This document shows positions 26,157 to 35,792 of a DNA stretch of 64,000 nt, piece by piece (the first letter of the stretch is position 1; each line of letters starts with the position of its first letter). The translations under genes were made by a program, and so were the position numbers. The DNA lies in the NCBI GenBank assembly GCA_027923505.1, contig BROI01000003.1, positions 930,001 to 994,000 of the forward strand, written 5' to 3'. The notes beneath the pieces are model-generated. The model had not been told where the DNA came from and made no database searches. It saw only the letters and a list, made by a program, of their open reading frames with translations. Source of the DNA: Mayamaea pseudoterrestris. Its lineage: Eukaryota.

Positions 26157-27347
26157 ATGGTAACAGGAATGAAAGGAATGACGTCCAAACAATTTTTGGT
26201 CCGTGCCTTTGGCTTCTTTCTCGTCGCAATCTTGGTGCACATGCTGCTGATCAGGCATAAACTGCTGACACTCACTACTTGGGAAACTCATCGATTGGGC
26301 CCTTCCAAAGGGCAACTTGCATATGGAGCTGCGACTTATCACAATCTTACATTTGACACGAATACGACGGATCCCTTGCCTGTTCAATGGGAGCCGCCAA
26401 TGAATGCATCGAGCCTTTGCTTCGAATGGGCCCAAAACACGGATGATTGGTGGACACACCATCCAACGTTTCAAATACAGTCTGAAAATGATACCCACTT
26501 TTGCTTCGTACACCGGAAGGCAAATCAAGCACGTTTCTTTCAGACGCTCTACGAGATTCAGTTCCACTCTGACTGCTCCAAGGTGTTCACAAAGAAAATG
26601 TGGAGCGACGGCTGGGGCGCGGATCTGCGCAACTTGCTCGACGGCCTCGTACATGCTCGCATGGCAAAACGACCTTTTCAGGTGGACCAAACACCGTGGC
26701 ACTATGCGGCGAAGCAAGATGTTTCGCGGCCGGTTTGTCCGGCCATGGGCATTGGTTGCTACTTCTTGCCAATCTCCAGCTGTCCCCAAAATCCCAGCAT
26801 CGTATCGCAACGAGCAGACTACTTTCATGGCGTTCCTGCATACTTTACCAGCCGCTACTACTATGAATACTTGACAAGGCCCCAGCAATGGCTGCGCAAG
26901 CGCATTTACGACTACTCCAAGACATTGCCGCTCACCTTGCCCTGCATTACCATGCACGTTCGGCGGGGTGACAGCGTCTTGGGCGGACCAGGCACAAGTC
27001 ACCGGACATACCATTCCATTCATGAGTACGTTGCTCCGATACGCAACGATCCCAAGAACATTTTGCTTTTGACGGACGATGAAGATGCCATTGCAGAAGC
27101 TCAACGACTATATCCATCCTATCATTGGATGTACTTTCGGCGGCCACGTTATCATGGTAGTGAGGGTGGTTGGGAGCAGCACTTGCCCTCGGATGATCCT
27201 GCTTTTGAAGTGGTGGCACTTTTGTCCGAGTTTCGCTTGGCCAAACAGTGTGGCATGCTGGTTCACTCGGCCAGCAATTTTGGTCAGTTGCTGCACGCGG
27301 AAATGAAGAACGTCGATAGTCGCATACGACGAATCAATTTAGGGTAA
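26157..27347 (+). CDS. Type II membrane fucosyltransferase-like protein (GT23/alpha-1,6-FucT-like)
   Basis: N-terminal TM; MHVRRGD and LLLTDD motifs; SNFGQL near C-terminus. Confidence 0.65.
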   Translation: MVTGMKGMTSKQFLVRAFGFFLVAILVHMLLIRHKLLTLTTWETHRLGPSKGQLAYGAATYHNLTFDTNTTDPLPVQWEPPMNASSLCFEWAQNTDDWWTHHPTFQIQSENDTHFCFVHRKANQARFFQTLYEIQFHSDCSKVFTKKMWSDGWGADLRNLLDGLVHARMAKRPFQVDQTPWHYAAKQDVSRPVCPAMGIGCYFLPISSCPQNPSIVSQRADYFHGVPAYFTSRYYYEYLTRPQQWLRKRIYDYSKTLPLTLPCITMHVRRGDSVLGGPGTSHRTYHSIHEYVAPIRNDPKNILLLTDDEDAIAEAQRLYPSYHWMYFRRPRYHGSEGGWEQHLPSDDPAFEVVALLSEFRLAKQCGMLVHSASNFGQLLHAEMKNVDSRIRRINLG

Positions 27348-27470
27348 ACAGTAAATAGAAGATGTAGCTTACATGTACTGTTATAGTGAGTAACGTTCAC
27401 GGCATAAGAAAATTAAAAAAAACTGGTTGGAATACCAAGCACAGCTCGGCTCTGAGCCGACTCGAGGAGA

Positions 27471-28670
27471 TCAATTCTTGACACACGGATCGTTTCTCCA
27501 GGACATTATAAGCTCTTTCATATGCTCCGGCGATGAGACCGTCACATCAGGAAGCGGAAGAAAGTAATTTAATAGCCACGTCGATGCTGCCTGGCCTAAT
27601 TGCACTAGCTCCTTGCGAAGCTCGACAAACCTGACATCGCAAATGTCAATTTCATAATGCAGGTTGCTGGATGATCTGCGCCTTAACAGCCTATCCAACG
27701 GCTTGCTTAGTCCCAAAAATGTTCCTAGATCTCTTCGAAACTGATCGTTTCGTTCGACGTTGGAGTCAAATGGTTGAGAAACGTCGTAAAGAAAGACTTG
27801 ATTCTCCATTCGCGGCGGAACGTATGTTGGATCACGAAGTTCGAGAATATCCGGATCGTTCACACTGGCACTGCTAGCGACCCCGATGAGCGATAGCTGC
27901 ATAGCTGACATCGGCATATATGGTCGTACAAGCGCCGCTTCCAATGGGTCTGTAAGGTTGGTCTTGCCCAAGGCTGCCAAATGCGCATGATAAAGTAAAT
28001 GTGGGGGCATGCGGTCGCCAATCAGTGTCTCAGCGGAAGGCATTTTGTTTCTGCTATTCCTTCGATTAAAATTGTACAATGACTCAAAACAATGCACTGG
28101 ATGCCGCAGTCCAACAATGAGCTTTGTTTGTGGAAAGTATTTTCGAAGAAGTTCTCGTGGCTTTGGAGTGGAAAGGTCGTTGGGCGCTTTATAGCCAATG
28201 AATCGCTTGTTCTCAGCAAGCTGCTCGTACATTTCCGTGGCGAACTTGGCAACTTTTCCGAAAGTAAGACCATGCACCTCGTGCATTGGCATTGCTATCT
28301 CCTCGTGCTGACGGAGCCATCGCATCAAGGTTGTAGTCCCTGTCTTTGGATGTCCGACAATGCCGAAATCTGCGAGGAACTGTATGTCTGTGCCAGCATT
28401 TACAGACTGAAATTCTGAATCAACGATGTCCCTTAACAAAAGAGGCTTGCGTTTGGCTGAAGCATCAACGGCATGCGATCCGTTGATTTGCAACTGCTCG
28501 AGCTCATTCTTGTTTCTAATTGAAGCCGCGCCACTGGTAGCGCGTACTTCCAGCCCACTAGGTCGTCTCACACTCGCGAGTGAAAAATCATATGTTTCCA
28601 CGAATATAATGATCATGACCAATGCGAGAGGAATGTATCGAACAACTCGTCTTTCCACCATAGTCGCCAT
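27471..28670 (-). CDS. Type II membrane sulfotransferase-like protein
   Basis: N-terminal TM; 5'-PSB motif DFGIVGHPKTGTTTL; KLIVGLRHPV..FESLYNF 3'-PB-like motif. Confidence 0.7.
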   Translation of the reverse strand: MATMVERRVVRYIPLALVMIIIFVETYDFSLASVRRPSGLEVRATSGAASIRNKNELEQLQINGSHAVDASAKRKPLLLRDIVDSEFQSVNAGTDIQFLADFGIVGHPKTGTTTLMRWLRQHEEIAMPMHEVHGLTFGKVAKFATEMYEQLAENKRFIGYKAPNDLSTPKPRELLRKYFPQTKLIVGLRHPVHCFESLYNFNRRNSRNKMPSAETLIGDRMPPHLLYHAHLAALGKTNLTDPLEAALVRPYMPMSAMQLSLIGVASSASVNDPDILELRDPTYVPPRMENQVFLYDVSQPFDSNVERNDQFRRDLGTFLGLSKPLDRLLRRRSSSNLHYEIDICDVRFVELRKELVQLGQAASTWLLNYFLPLPDVTVSSPEHMKELIMSWRNDPCVKN

Positions 28671-28900
28671 ACTGTCTTGATTCTACGTTGTGGCGAAAAG
28701 TGCGCACTTTCCTGGCCAATTGGTCAGAGATACAGCAGGTCATCCACCGGCTCTTTTAATTATTTCGTTATAGTAGGTGCAACACTATTTTGTCTTGGTG
28801 CACATCATGGCTTTCAGTTGTGGTCTCGTGTGTCGTCCATGAAAAAATGAGCGGTTTCTCTTTTGCCATTGGGCGAGCGTGCATGTTCTGTCGCAGCGAC

Positions 28901-28932
28901 ACTCAAGCACTCAAGCACTCAAGCACTCAAGC
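28901..28932. repeat. Microsatellite (ACTCAAGC)x4
   Basis: Four exact 8-bp units. Confidence 0.9.
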
Positions 28933-29027
28933 ATTGCTGCGTGAAAGTGCTTTGCTACGATCCTAGCTATGCATGCACTGCTCACGTTTATATACATCAG
29001 TTTAACCGATAGGAAGCCTTTACGTTT

Positions 29028-30776
29028 TTAAGATTGTCCATCAGGAGAAGGTTGATCAATCGTTTCAGGCTTCCAATCTGAATCGCCGGAGCTGCCTACC
29101 ACGTCTTGTATGGCGGCATCAAAGTCGCTGCTTGTCACGACACACTCGCTGAGTAGCGAGCCATTAGCTTGTGCCGCAAAAGCTTCAACTGTCCGTTCCA
29201 ATGCATGCGACGCTGCTGCTCGACAGACGCCAGCCATTGCTGCACCGGAGAAACCGTCGCACTTGCGCGAAAGACTTTCAAGCAATTCGTCGTACGTCAA
29301 CGTTGCCTGATTGGCATGCACTTGTGCTGCAGACCCTTTCGGTGCATCTTTGACAAGCAAACGCCCCGTTTGATGCATGTGTTTCGTGTGGACCCTTAAA
29401 ATGCTTTGTCGCTGGAGATTTGTGCTTGGCGGTGGCACTTCAATTTGAACTTCGAACCGACCAGGTCGAAGCAGCGCCGGTTCAATCAAACTTCGTTTGT
29501 TAGTCAAGCCAATGACAAGTGTGGGTACCACCGGGGGGTCAAAACCGTCCATCTTTGCTAGCAGCTGATTGACGACACTATCGCGAGCTACTCCGGCGTC
29601 ACCTTGCTCACCGCTACCGCCTCGACCACCTCGGGCTCGTGCAATGGAATCAAACTCATCTAGTACAACAACATGAAGAGCCTGCTTGGCTAGCGCTTCG
29701 CCTTTATCCATTTGTCCTATTCTGTAGGTATCATATATATCGGGTGGCTCATCGAACACTTTCCGCAGATTCGCCTCGGAACTTCCAACAAACTTGTCCA
29801 TAATCTCTGGTCCGCTGACAACCGTAATGGGTCGAAGTGGCGACAGTAGTCTACCTAGTTGTCGAGCCATGAGAGTCTTGCCGCAACCCGGCTTGCCATA
29901 AAGAAGGAGGCCACGAACGGGATGAATGCCGAGCTCAATCAACAGTTGAGGTGGCGCAGCCAAAGGTATCCAAACTCGTCGTTTTATTTGCGCCAAAACA
30001 TCGTCCAAGCCTCCAATACCCATAGCTTGACCGTCAAAATTGGAGCCAGCTCCAGCCTGGGCGACGATTTTGGAAACCTTTTCGGCCGCCATGATTGCTG
30101 CAACGTTTTCAATATTTGGCTGGCGGAGATCGACAGTGTTCTGTTGCATTGATAGTTCAAAATCTTTACGGTCTTGAGCAAAGGATCCTAAGCGAGAGTC
30201 AATTCCATTTAAGAATAAATCGTGTTTATCGTTGGAAGTTTGTCGCTTTCCAAGGGCTGACCGAGGTTCGCGCGAAACATCCGAATCAATTGTCGGCTGC
30301 TCCTTGCGTATCCTTTCCTCCTCCCAGCGCTGTCGCTCCGTAGCTTCCTCTCGTCGTTTCTCGGCATCCGTTTGACCAAGTTGCTTGACATTTGCTGGAA
30401 TTCCGGCGCGACTGATCAACCGAAGGGCTGCCTTGACTTGATCGTCGTCGGAAGATGACGATTTGATTTGGTCGAAGAGAGCGTAGATTGATTCCTGAGT
30501 GACGCGACTCCCTGTCAGGATCCACTTGTCGCACAAGTCAGTCAGGTTTTGAGTGAGGCTTGAAATGTATCGCTTGTTTTTCGTTGCTAAAGACTGCTCT
30601 GTTTCCGATTCGGTTATAGTTGACTCATTGTCGGCATTTGCCGACGACGAAGCGAGGGCAACGCGTCGAAAATCGGTGACGGACGAAGGATGTGAATTGC
30701 TGAATGACTGAGTTAACGCGCTTGCAATCTGACAATATAGTGAAATGGCGAGATATATACACGTGATTCTCGTCAT
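29028..30776 (-). CDS. NSF/SEC18-like single-ring AAA+ ATPase with signal peptide
   Basis: GIGGLD, GLLLYGKPGCGKT, LDEFDSI, DSVVNQLLAKMDG, ALLRPGRFEV; hydrophobic N-terminus ending ASA-L. Confidence 0.8.
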   Translation of the reverse strand: MTRITCIYLAISLYCQIASALTQSFSNSHPSSVTDFRRVALASSSANADNESTITESETEQSLATKNKRYISSLTQNLTDLCDKWILTGSRVTQESIYALFDQIKSSSSDDDQVKAALRLISRAGIPANVKQLGQTDAEKRREEATERQRWEEERIRKEQPTIDSDVSREPRSALGKRQTSNDKHDLFLNGIDSRLGSFAQDRKDFELSMQQNTVDLRQPNIENVAAIMAAEKVSKIVAQAGAGSNFDGQAMGIGGLDDVLAQIKRRVWIPLAAPPQLLIELGIHPVRGLLLYGKPGCGKTLMARQLGRLLSPLRPITVVSGPEIMDKFVGSSEANLRKVFDEPPDIYDTYRIGQMDKGEALAKQALHVVVLDEFDSIARARGGRGGSGEQGDAGVARDSVVNQLLAKMDGFDPPVVPTLVIGLTNKRSLIEPALLRPGRFEVQIEVPPPSTNLQRQSILRVHTKHMHQTGRLLVKDAPKGSAAQVHANQATLTYDELLESLSRKCDGFSGAAMAGVCRAAASHALERTVEAFAAQANGSLLSECVVTSSDFDAAIQDVVGSSGDSDWKPETIDQPSPDGQS

Positions 30777-31016
30777 TGAGGTCTACCAATGTTGCTTGCA
30801 GACGCTGACCCACGAGAGTGTTCCTTGTGATGGTTGTGCGTTGTGCGGAGGATCGAGATCGTCAAAGCAAGTGTGAGTACCGCTAAGATACTGTTACAAC
30901 GGTGCGACTTCAACAAGCATTCTTCTTCGGCACGACGCGTCATTCGTCGCCATAGGAGAGGCTCACTTTTTCGACGACGAGATCCGTTCCATATCAACCA
31001 GACAACCTCCAATACC

Positions 31017-31799
31017 ATGAAAGCCATCTTTGTACTACTAGCAGTCATTTCATGGATGAATGCATCAGCATTTGCGCCTCTCCCTACGAGCGGGGCAACT
31101 CAAGCAAGACTAGCACCCTTGAACGTGGTGGATGCCGAGGCGGTGGGGGTCGCACGCACCGCCTTTTACATTTGGTTCTTTGGTGCATCTGGCGGCGCAG
31201 GGATTGCGCGTAACAGCTTTCCTCGCATGTGGACTGACTTTCGAGCAATTCAAACCATGGAGAATAGCCCAACAAAAGGGGGCGAGACGATTGGCATTTC
31301 GCCCATTTGCTTGTATCCGGTTGACCTGGCCGTCAAGGACGTGGAAGCCATTGTCAAGAAACCATTGACCGTTGAGCAAATAGTGAACAAGTATCCTGTC
31401 GAAGGTAACTTTCTCAGTGCAAAGGGTTACCTTACATACAAAGCCTTCAAGGCTGCCAATGCCAAGGAAAATCCACTGGTCGTCCGTGCCATTTTCGATT
31501 CGCTCAACACAAACACTGATGTTTGCAATCCGGAAACGGCGCAGGAGCTGCTTGACTCATACAAAAAAGATCCGAGGTCGCTAGCAAATGCATTACTCCA
31601 AGCCAAACTCAGAGGATATGCTGCCATCTTTGGAATATTGTTTCTCTTGGCGTTAGCAGACTGGCAAGCCATTCTGGTGCATGCCCGAGAAGGATGGTTC
31701 CCAGAATGGCCTGGACTGGAAGACTTTCCAAGCACGTTGTTTGATCCAAACTATGGTATTCCGGCGCTTCCTAAATACTTTGTTGCAGACGTTGAGTAA
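31017..31799 (+). CDS. Uncharacterised plastid-targeted membrane protein
   Basis: MKAIFVLLAVISWMNASA-FAP canonical bipartite motif; two hydrophobic segments. Confidence 0.75.
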   Translation: MKAIFVLLAVISWMNASAFAPLPTSGATQARLAPLNVVDAEAVGVARTAFYIWFFGASGGAGIARNSFPRMWTDFRAIQTMENSPTKGGETIGISPICLYPVDLAVKDVEAIVKKPLTVEQIVNKYPVEGNFLSAKGYLTYKAFKAANAKENPLVVRAIFDSLNTNTDVCNPETAQELLDSYKKDPRSLANALLQAKLRGYAAIFGILFLLALADWQAILVHAREGWFPEWPGLEDFPSTLFDPNYGIPALPKYFVADVE

Positions 31800-31902
31800 G
31801 CTAAAAGAACAGAAATTTAAATTGTGGCACTACTGTACCATGTTATTACGAGTCAGCAAATCGAGGGGCTCCGTCGTATATCTTGTATTACATCTTTATC
31901 GC

Positions 31903-33933
31903 CTAGTAACGCCTCTTCCTCTTTGCCGCGGTCGGAGGTTGAGGCTGCATTGATCGTTCTCTTCCCGTGCGCTTGCGCAAGCGATCGCTTCGAGTGGGAA
32001 CTAGAGGCTCACAAACTCCGTCGTGTAGTTTCCACAGCCATTGCTCGTAGAGATTCAGTCGCCACTCACTTTCTTGCTTAACAAGATCTGTATATTCTTT
32101 TCCGATGATTCGAAGACGAAGGCTCGCCTCATCGCGGAGCATGTTGCGAAAGGAATTAATATCTGGCCAAAAAATGGAGTCTGGACGGGGAGGATCATTC
32201 ATTCGCTGCGAAGTTTGTCGTTGCGAAGATCGGCCATCGTAAATTGGTTTGTCTGTCCTCCCCGTCCTCTCCTGCCGCCTTTGCGAACGACCAGTGGCTT
32301 GTCGTGCTTCCGGCTTTACAGTGCCACTGTCTACTCGAGGACGTCGGTGGGTGCTCTTATCGGTTACAGAATGTGGTTGGGGACGGCCAGCAAGGCCAGA
32401 CATGGCCTTAGCCGTTCCTTCTTTTCGTTTTGGGCGATCGACCTTCTCACTTGACCGACTTTTATTATTACTCTTAAACTCACTGGCTTGTTCACGAAAT
32501 AAAATCTTGACCGGGAGTGAGTCTTCCAACAGTCGCCAGCTCATTGGTATACCCTTGCGCGGTCTAGAGAGGCGCTCAATCAAAATCGAGTTGAGTGCTC
32601 CAGGATCAAGTGACTCTATGTCTCTTTCAGTGTAACCAAGCTTGGCGAGATCCAAAAACTTGACACTCCCCCAAGACTGTCCCGACGGGTCACTAAAAAA
32701 GACAACTCGATCATCCACTAAGCTGTCGGAGTCTGTGGAGTCGATAGGTGAATGTACGCCGTCTATAATGAGATCGCCAAATGTTTCTTGACCTCCATTC
32801 GATGCATAATCGTCAAGCTCTAGAATCGCCGCCGCAGCTTGTCTAGGCTCCAAAATCTCGGCGGCTGGTATTGTACTTCTCCAACCGGCTGGGACTCCAA
32901 ACTTTGGTTTTGCCCTCTTCTCGTCGATGATCATGTCTAATGCATCCAGCTTAAGCGTGCGAACGTCCTTCTCCGTATATCCAAGCGTTAGAAACGTAGT
33001 CAGTGGGACCGACACGGCACTACGACGAAATTGAGGTTGAAACATTACCACCCGTGTCTCTTCGTTGTTGTTGTCCGCAGTATAACCTTGTTTTAAAGCT
33101 TGCGGGTTTGCCGTGTCGTTCAAGTCTTTTTCCGTCGGTGGAAGGACTGATGTTGATGTCGTGCTCGATTCATTCGGCATGCCAGTCGAGTTTAAGATAG
33201 TTGCTGCTCCCCTTTCACTGTCAACAAAGACTTCATTAGTAAGCTCTATTATTGTTTCCGAGCCAAGCATGGTCGACTCTGCCTGGCTTACGCTCGCGAA
33301 TCCGGTAGAGTCGTCTCCAGTCTTGACATTGTTGGGGCCAATGATGTCAAACACTTCGGAAGAGTTTGTTTGTGTGGATGACATCGTAGCGAATGTCAGC
33401 TCGTCATCACCGAGCATGTCGCTGAGTTCATCTTTGAGAGTCTGTTCCTCGCTGATTGCTATTTGTTTAACATTCAGTTCATCGTCTGCGTCCAGTTGGC
33501 GCAATGCATCCTTCACGTTATCCGGTTCAGAGAAAGGTGGATCCACATCAGGAACTTGATCGATGGATGAAAGACTTTCCAAGCTGTTTGTTAATTGAAC
33601 TTCCACTTTTCTTTTGGACTCTCTGGAATCGTCGTCTACAGATGCAGATGCATCTTTTCCTAGGGTGTCAACGACAAATTGTCTGTACCAGTCTGGATCC
33701 TCGGCTGCAACTTTGCGATATAAAGTTTCAATGTCGGAAGTCTCCTCATATGGGGACGATGATAGAAAGATAGACCGTCGTGATTGAAATTGCTTGCCAC
33801 ACTCATGCCGTGATGAACACTGAATCCCTCGAAACGATTCGCCCAACTTTGTGCCAAGGAGCAGGACGCACACGAATGGCCATTTCCTTTGCAAAATTCT
33901 GTCAGATATAAACGATTCGTTAAAGCGACACAT
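31903..33933 (-). CDS. Uncharacterised protein with signal-like N-terminus and a duplicated ~40-aa LGY..W motif
   Basis: 676-aa ORF; hydrophobic segment ending GES-F; low-complexity linker; internal repeat. Confidence 0.7.
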   Translation of the reverse strand: MCRFNESFISDRILQRKWPFVCVLLLGTKLGESFRGIQCSSRHECGKQFQSRRSIFLSSSPYEETSDIETLYRKVAAEDPDWYRQFVVDTLGKDASASVDDDSRESKRKVEVQLTNSLESLSSIDQVPDVDPPFSEPDNVKDALRQLDADDELNVKQIAISEEQTLKDELSDMLGDDELTFATMSSTQTNSSEVFDIIGPNNVKTGDDSTGFASVSQAESTMLGSETIIELTNEVFVDSERGAATILNSTGMPNESSTTSTSVLPPTEKDLNDTANPQALKQGYTADNNNEETRVVMFQPQFRRSAVSVPLTTFLTLGYTEKDVRTLKLDALDMIIDEKRAKPKFGVPAGWRSTIPAAEILEPRQAAAAILELDDYASNGGQETFGDLIIDGVHSPIDSTDSDSLVDDRVVFFSDPSGQSWGSVKFLDLAKLGYTERDIESLDPGALNSILIERLSRPRKGIPMSWRLLEDSLPVKILFREQASEFKSNNKSRSSEKVDRPKRKEGTAKAMSGLAGRPQPHSVTDKSTHRRPRVDSGTVKPEARQATGRSQRRQERTGRTDKPIYDGRSSQRQTSQRMNDPPRPDSIFWPDINSFRNMLRDEASLRLRIIGKEYTDLVKQESEWRLNLYEQWLWKLHDGVCEPLVPTRSDRLRKRTGRERSMQPQPPTAAKRKRRY

Positions 33934-34069
33934 TAATGTTTTCGTTAGAGTGTTTCTTGACGTCCATCGGGGTGCTAGTGCTCGCAGTCAACGACTGAGA
34001 ATTGCTATCGATGCGGAGGAACAAAACCTTGTGCCAGTACCGGTAGGAGTAAATGCTGTACTCTTCGAG

Positions 34070-34196
34070 CTATAGTACCAAAAACTTTGATTTTCACAGT
34101 TTCTGGTAGTACTCTTTGAGTTATAGTGGCAAAAACATTGATTTACCTTGTACACTTCGTGCTATAGTGCCAAAAACTTTGATTTTTTTCAAAAGG
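34070..34196. repeat. Three degenerate copies of the ATAGTGCCAAAAACTTTGATTTT family
   Basis: Cores at ~34070, 34121, 34162; same core as the array at 38986. Confidence 0.85.
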
Positions 34197-34356
34197 TATT
34201 GGCGGTATTATCTGGTCCACAGTCGGAGTCGGACCGTTACTCGCGAGGCGCCTTCCAAAGGCTGCTCTACTGCACAATGGTAGTCTCGTCATCATCTTCA
34301 TTCATTCCCCCTTCCTCTATCAGCAAACGAAAACTCGTCATGCCGTTGTCTTTAAT

Positions 34357-35334
34357 ATGACAAGAATACGCAATGGTTGTCATTTTGGCCTTTTTGCTGT
34401 CTTTCTGTTCACTTATTTGACTGGATTTTGCCTTTGCATTCGCACACGGTTGACTTGGATCAACGGCATCGGGCATACACTACAACACATGAAGGAAGGT
34501 CAAGCTTCTATAAGTGCTCGATTTTGTGGCAAAAAGGTTGAATGGTGTCACAATCCAACGGCCATGTCTCATGACGAAGACTGGAGAGGGTACCTTGGCG
34601 ATTTAACTCAAGCAACGAGCCAAAAATTCGGCAAAATTACGATTGAAGTCGAAACGCTCACGCAACATCTGCGTCAAGCCATTCAGAAAGTTGGAAGACG
34701 AGGAGTCGTGGTTCACATTGCCCACTCGCAAGGTGCGCTCATCACAGCTCTTGCGTGTCGGCAGTTGACGCTGGAAGAAATGAGTCGAATGGAAGTTCTT
34801 TGCTTTGGAGGTGCCGCCTGTCTGCAACGAACCGTTGCCACACCCTTTCGACGATGTATGAACTATTATTCTATCAACGATCCTTTGCTGCTGTTGAATC
34901 CGGAAGCGCTGCAAGCACTCCGTAGTGGATTTGTCGAGCAGCAAGAGTTCTGCTTTCTATCGCCTCGACTCGGAGATCCGATTCTGGATCATGCTTTGCT
35001 CAACCCAACGTATGCCCAGGCGCTCGAATGGGAAGGAGCTCGGTTTGAGCGAATGTATGTGCCCATTGTTTATCGAGTTTGGAGGCGACTATGGCTGGCG
35101 ATTCTTCTGGTGCGTGCGACTGTGGAACCAAGAATCATCGCAGCGCTCCAATCGCTCATGCGGCCAGTGCTACGTTGGGTTGCAACTCAGGCATACGCAA
35201 TTCATAATCGTGTTGTAAAGCCAGTGATGGTTGTGCTGCTGCTGTTCATTGAATGGATAGCAAGACTGCTATTTGGTGAAAGAGAAAAGTTTGTACCGGC
35301 TCGCGAGTTTCTCAGCGAGGCGATGGCAAAGTAG
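34357..35334 (+). CDS. Alpha/beta-hydrolase-fold protein (DUF687-like) with C-terminal hydrophobic segments
   Basis: WINGI, nucleophile elbow HIAHSQGA, NYYSINDP, DH; family name recalled, not searched. Confidence 0.6.
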   Translation: MTRIRNGCHFGLFAVFLFTYLTGFCLCIRTRLTWINGIGHTLQHMKEGQASISARFCGKKVEWCHNPTAMSHDEDWRGYLGDLTQATSQKFGKITIEVETLTQHLRQAIQKVGRRGVVVHIAHSQGALITALACRQLTLEEMSRMEVLCFGGAACLQRTVATPFRRCMNYYSINDPLLLLNPEALQALRSGFVEQQEFCFLSPRLGDPILDHALLNPTYAQALEWEGARFERMYVPIVYRVWRRLWLAILLVRATVEPRIIAALQSLMRPVLRWVATQAYAIHNRVVKPVMVVLLLFIEWIARLLFGEREKFVPAREFLSEAMAK

Positions 35335-35792
35335 ACAGCCATTGTTGTTTGCCACCTGCGACGAAACGAGCAGTATAAAACTTGTTTGTAATACGTACAT
35401 ATTCGGACATGTTTGACGCGACAAATTGCAGCGGATGCCACTTTATCATGCACGAGGTCGCAGCTAGCCATGATGGACGGTGCGGAATGTCACAATGGTC
35501 TGCAAACCTTCTTCTTAAAAACGATACTGATATGTATGAGAGCATTAGACTGTCGCTTGTGACTTGGAAACCGTCACCATACCATCAATTACACTTTTTT
35601 AAACACACAGGTAGACTATTTTATCACCGCTGCGACAATATTCGACGACTGCATCCTCGCGTCCCTCCGCAAAATGGCATGAACGCTGCCACTTATTCTT
35701 TGCCTACATTCGTTACACGTTACACGATCTTTAGTTGCCTTATTCAAAGAGCCAACTTATCATCGATCAGATTGTGAGAAGCCTACCAAGCC

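Noticed and set aside
25860..27104. 414-aa minus-strand ORF
   Set aside because: Antisense shadow of the GT23-like gene; no recognisable motifs
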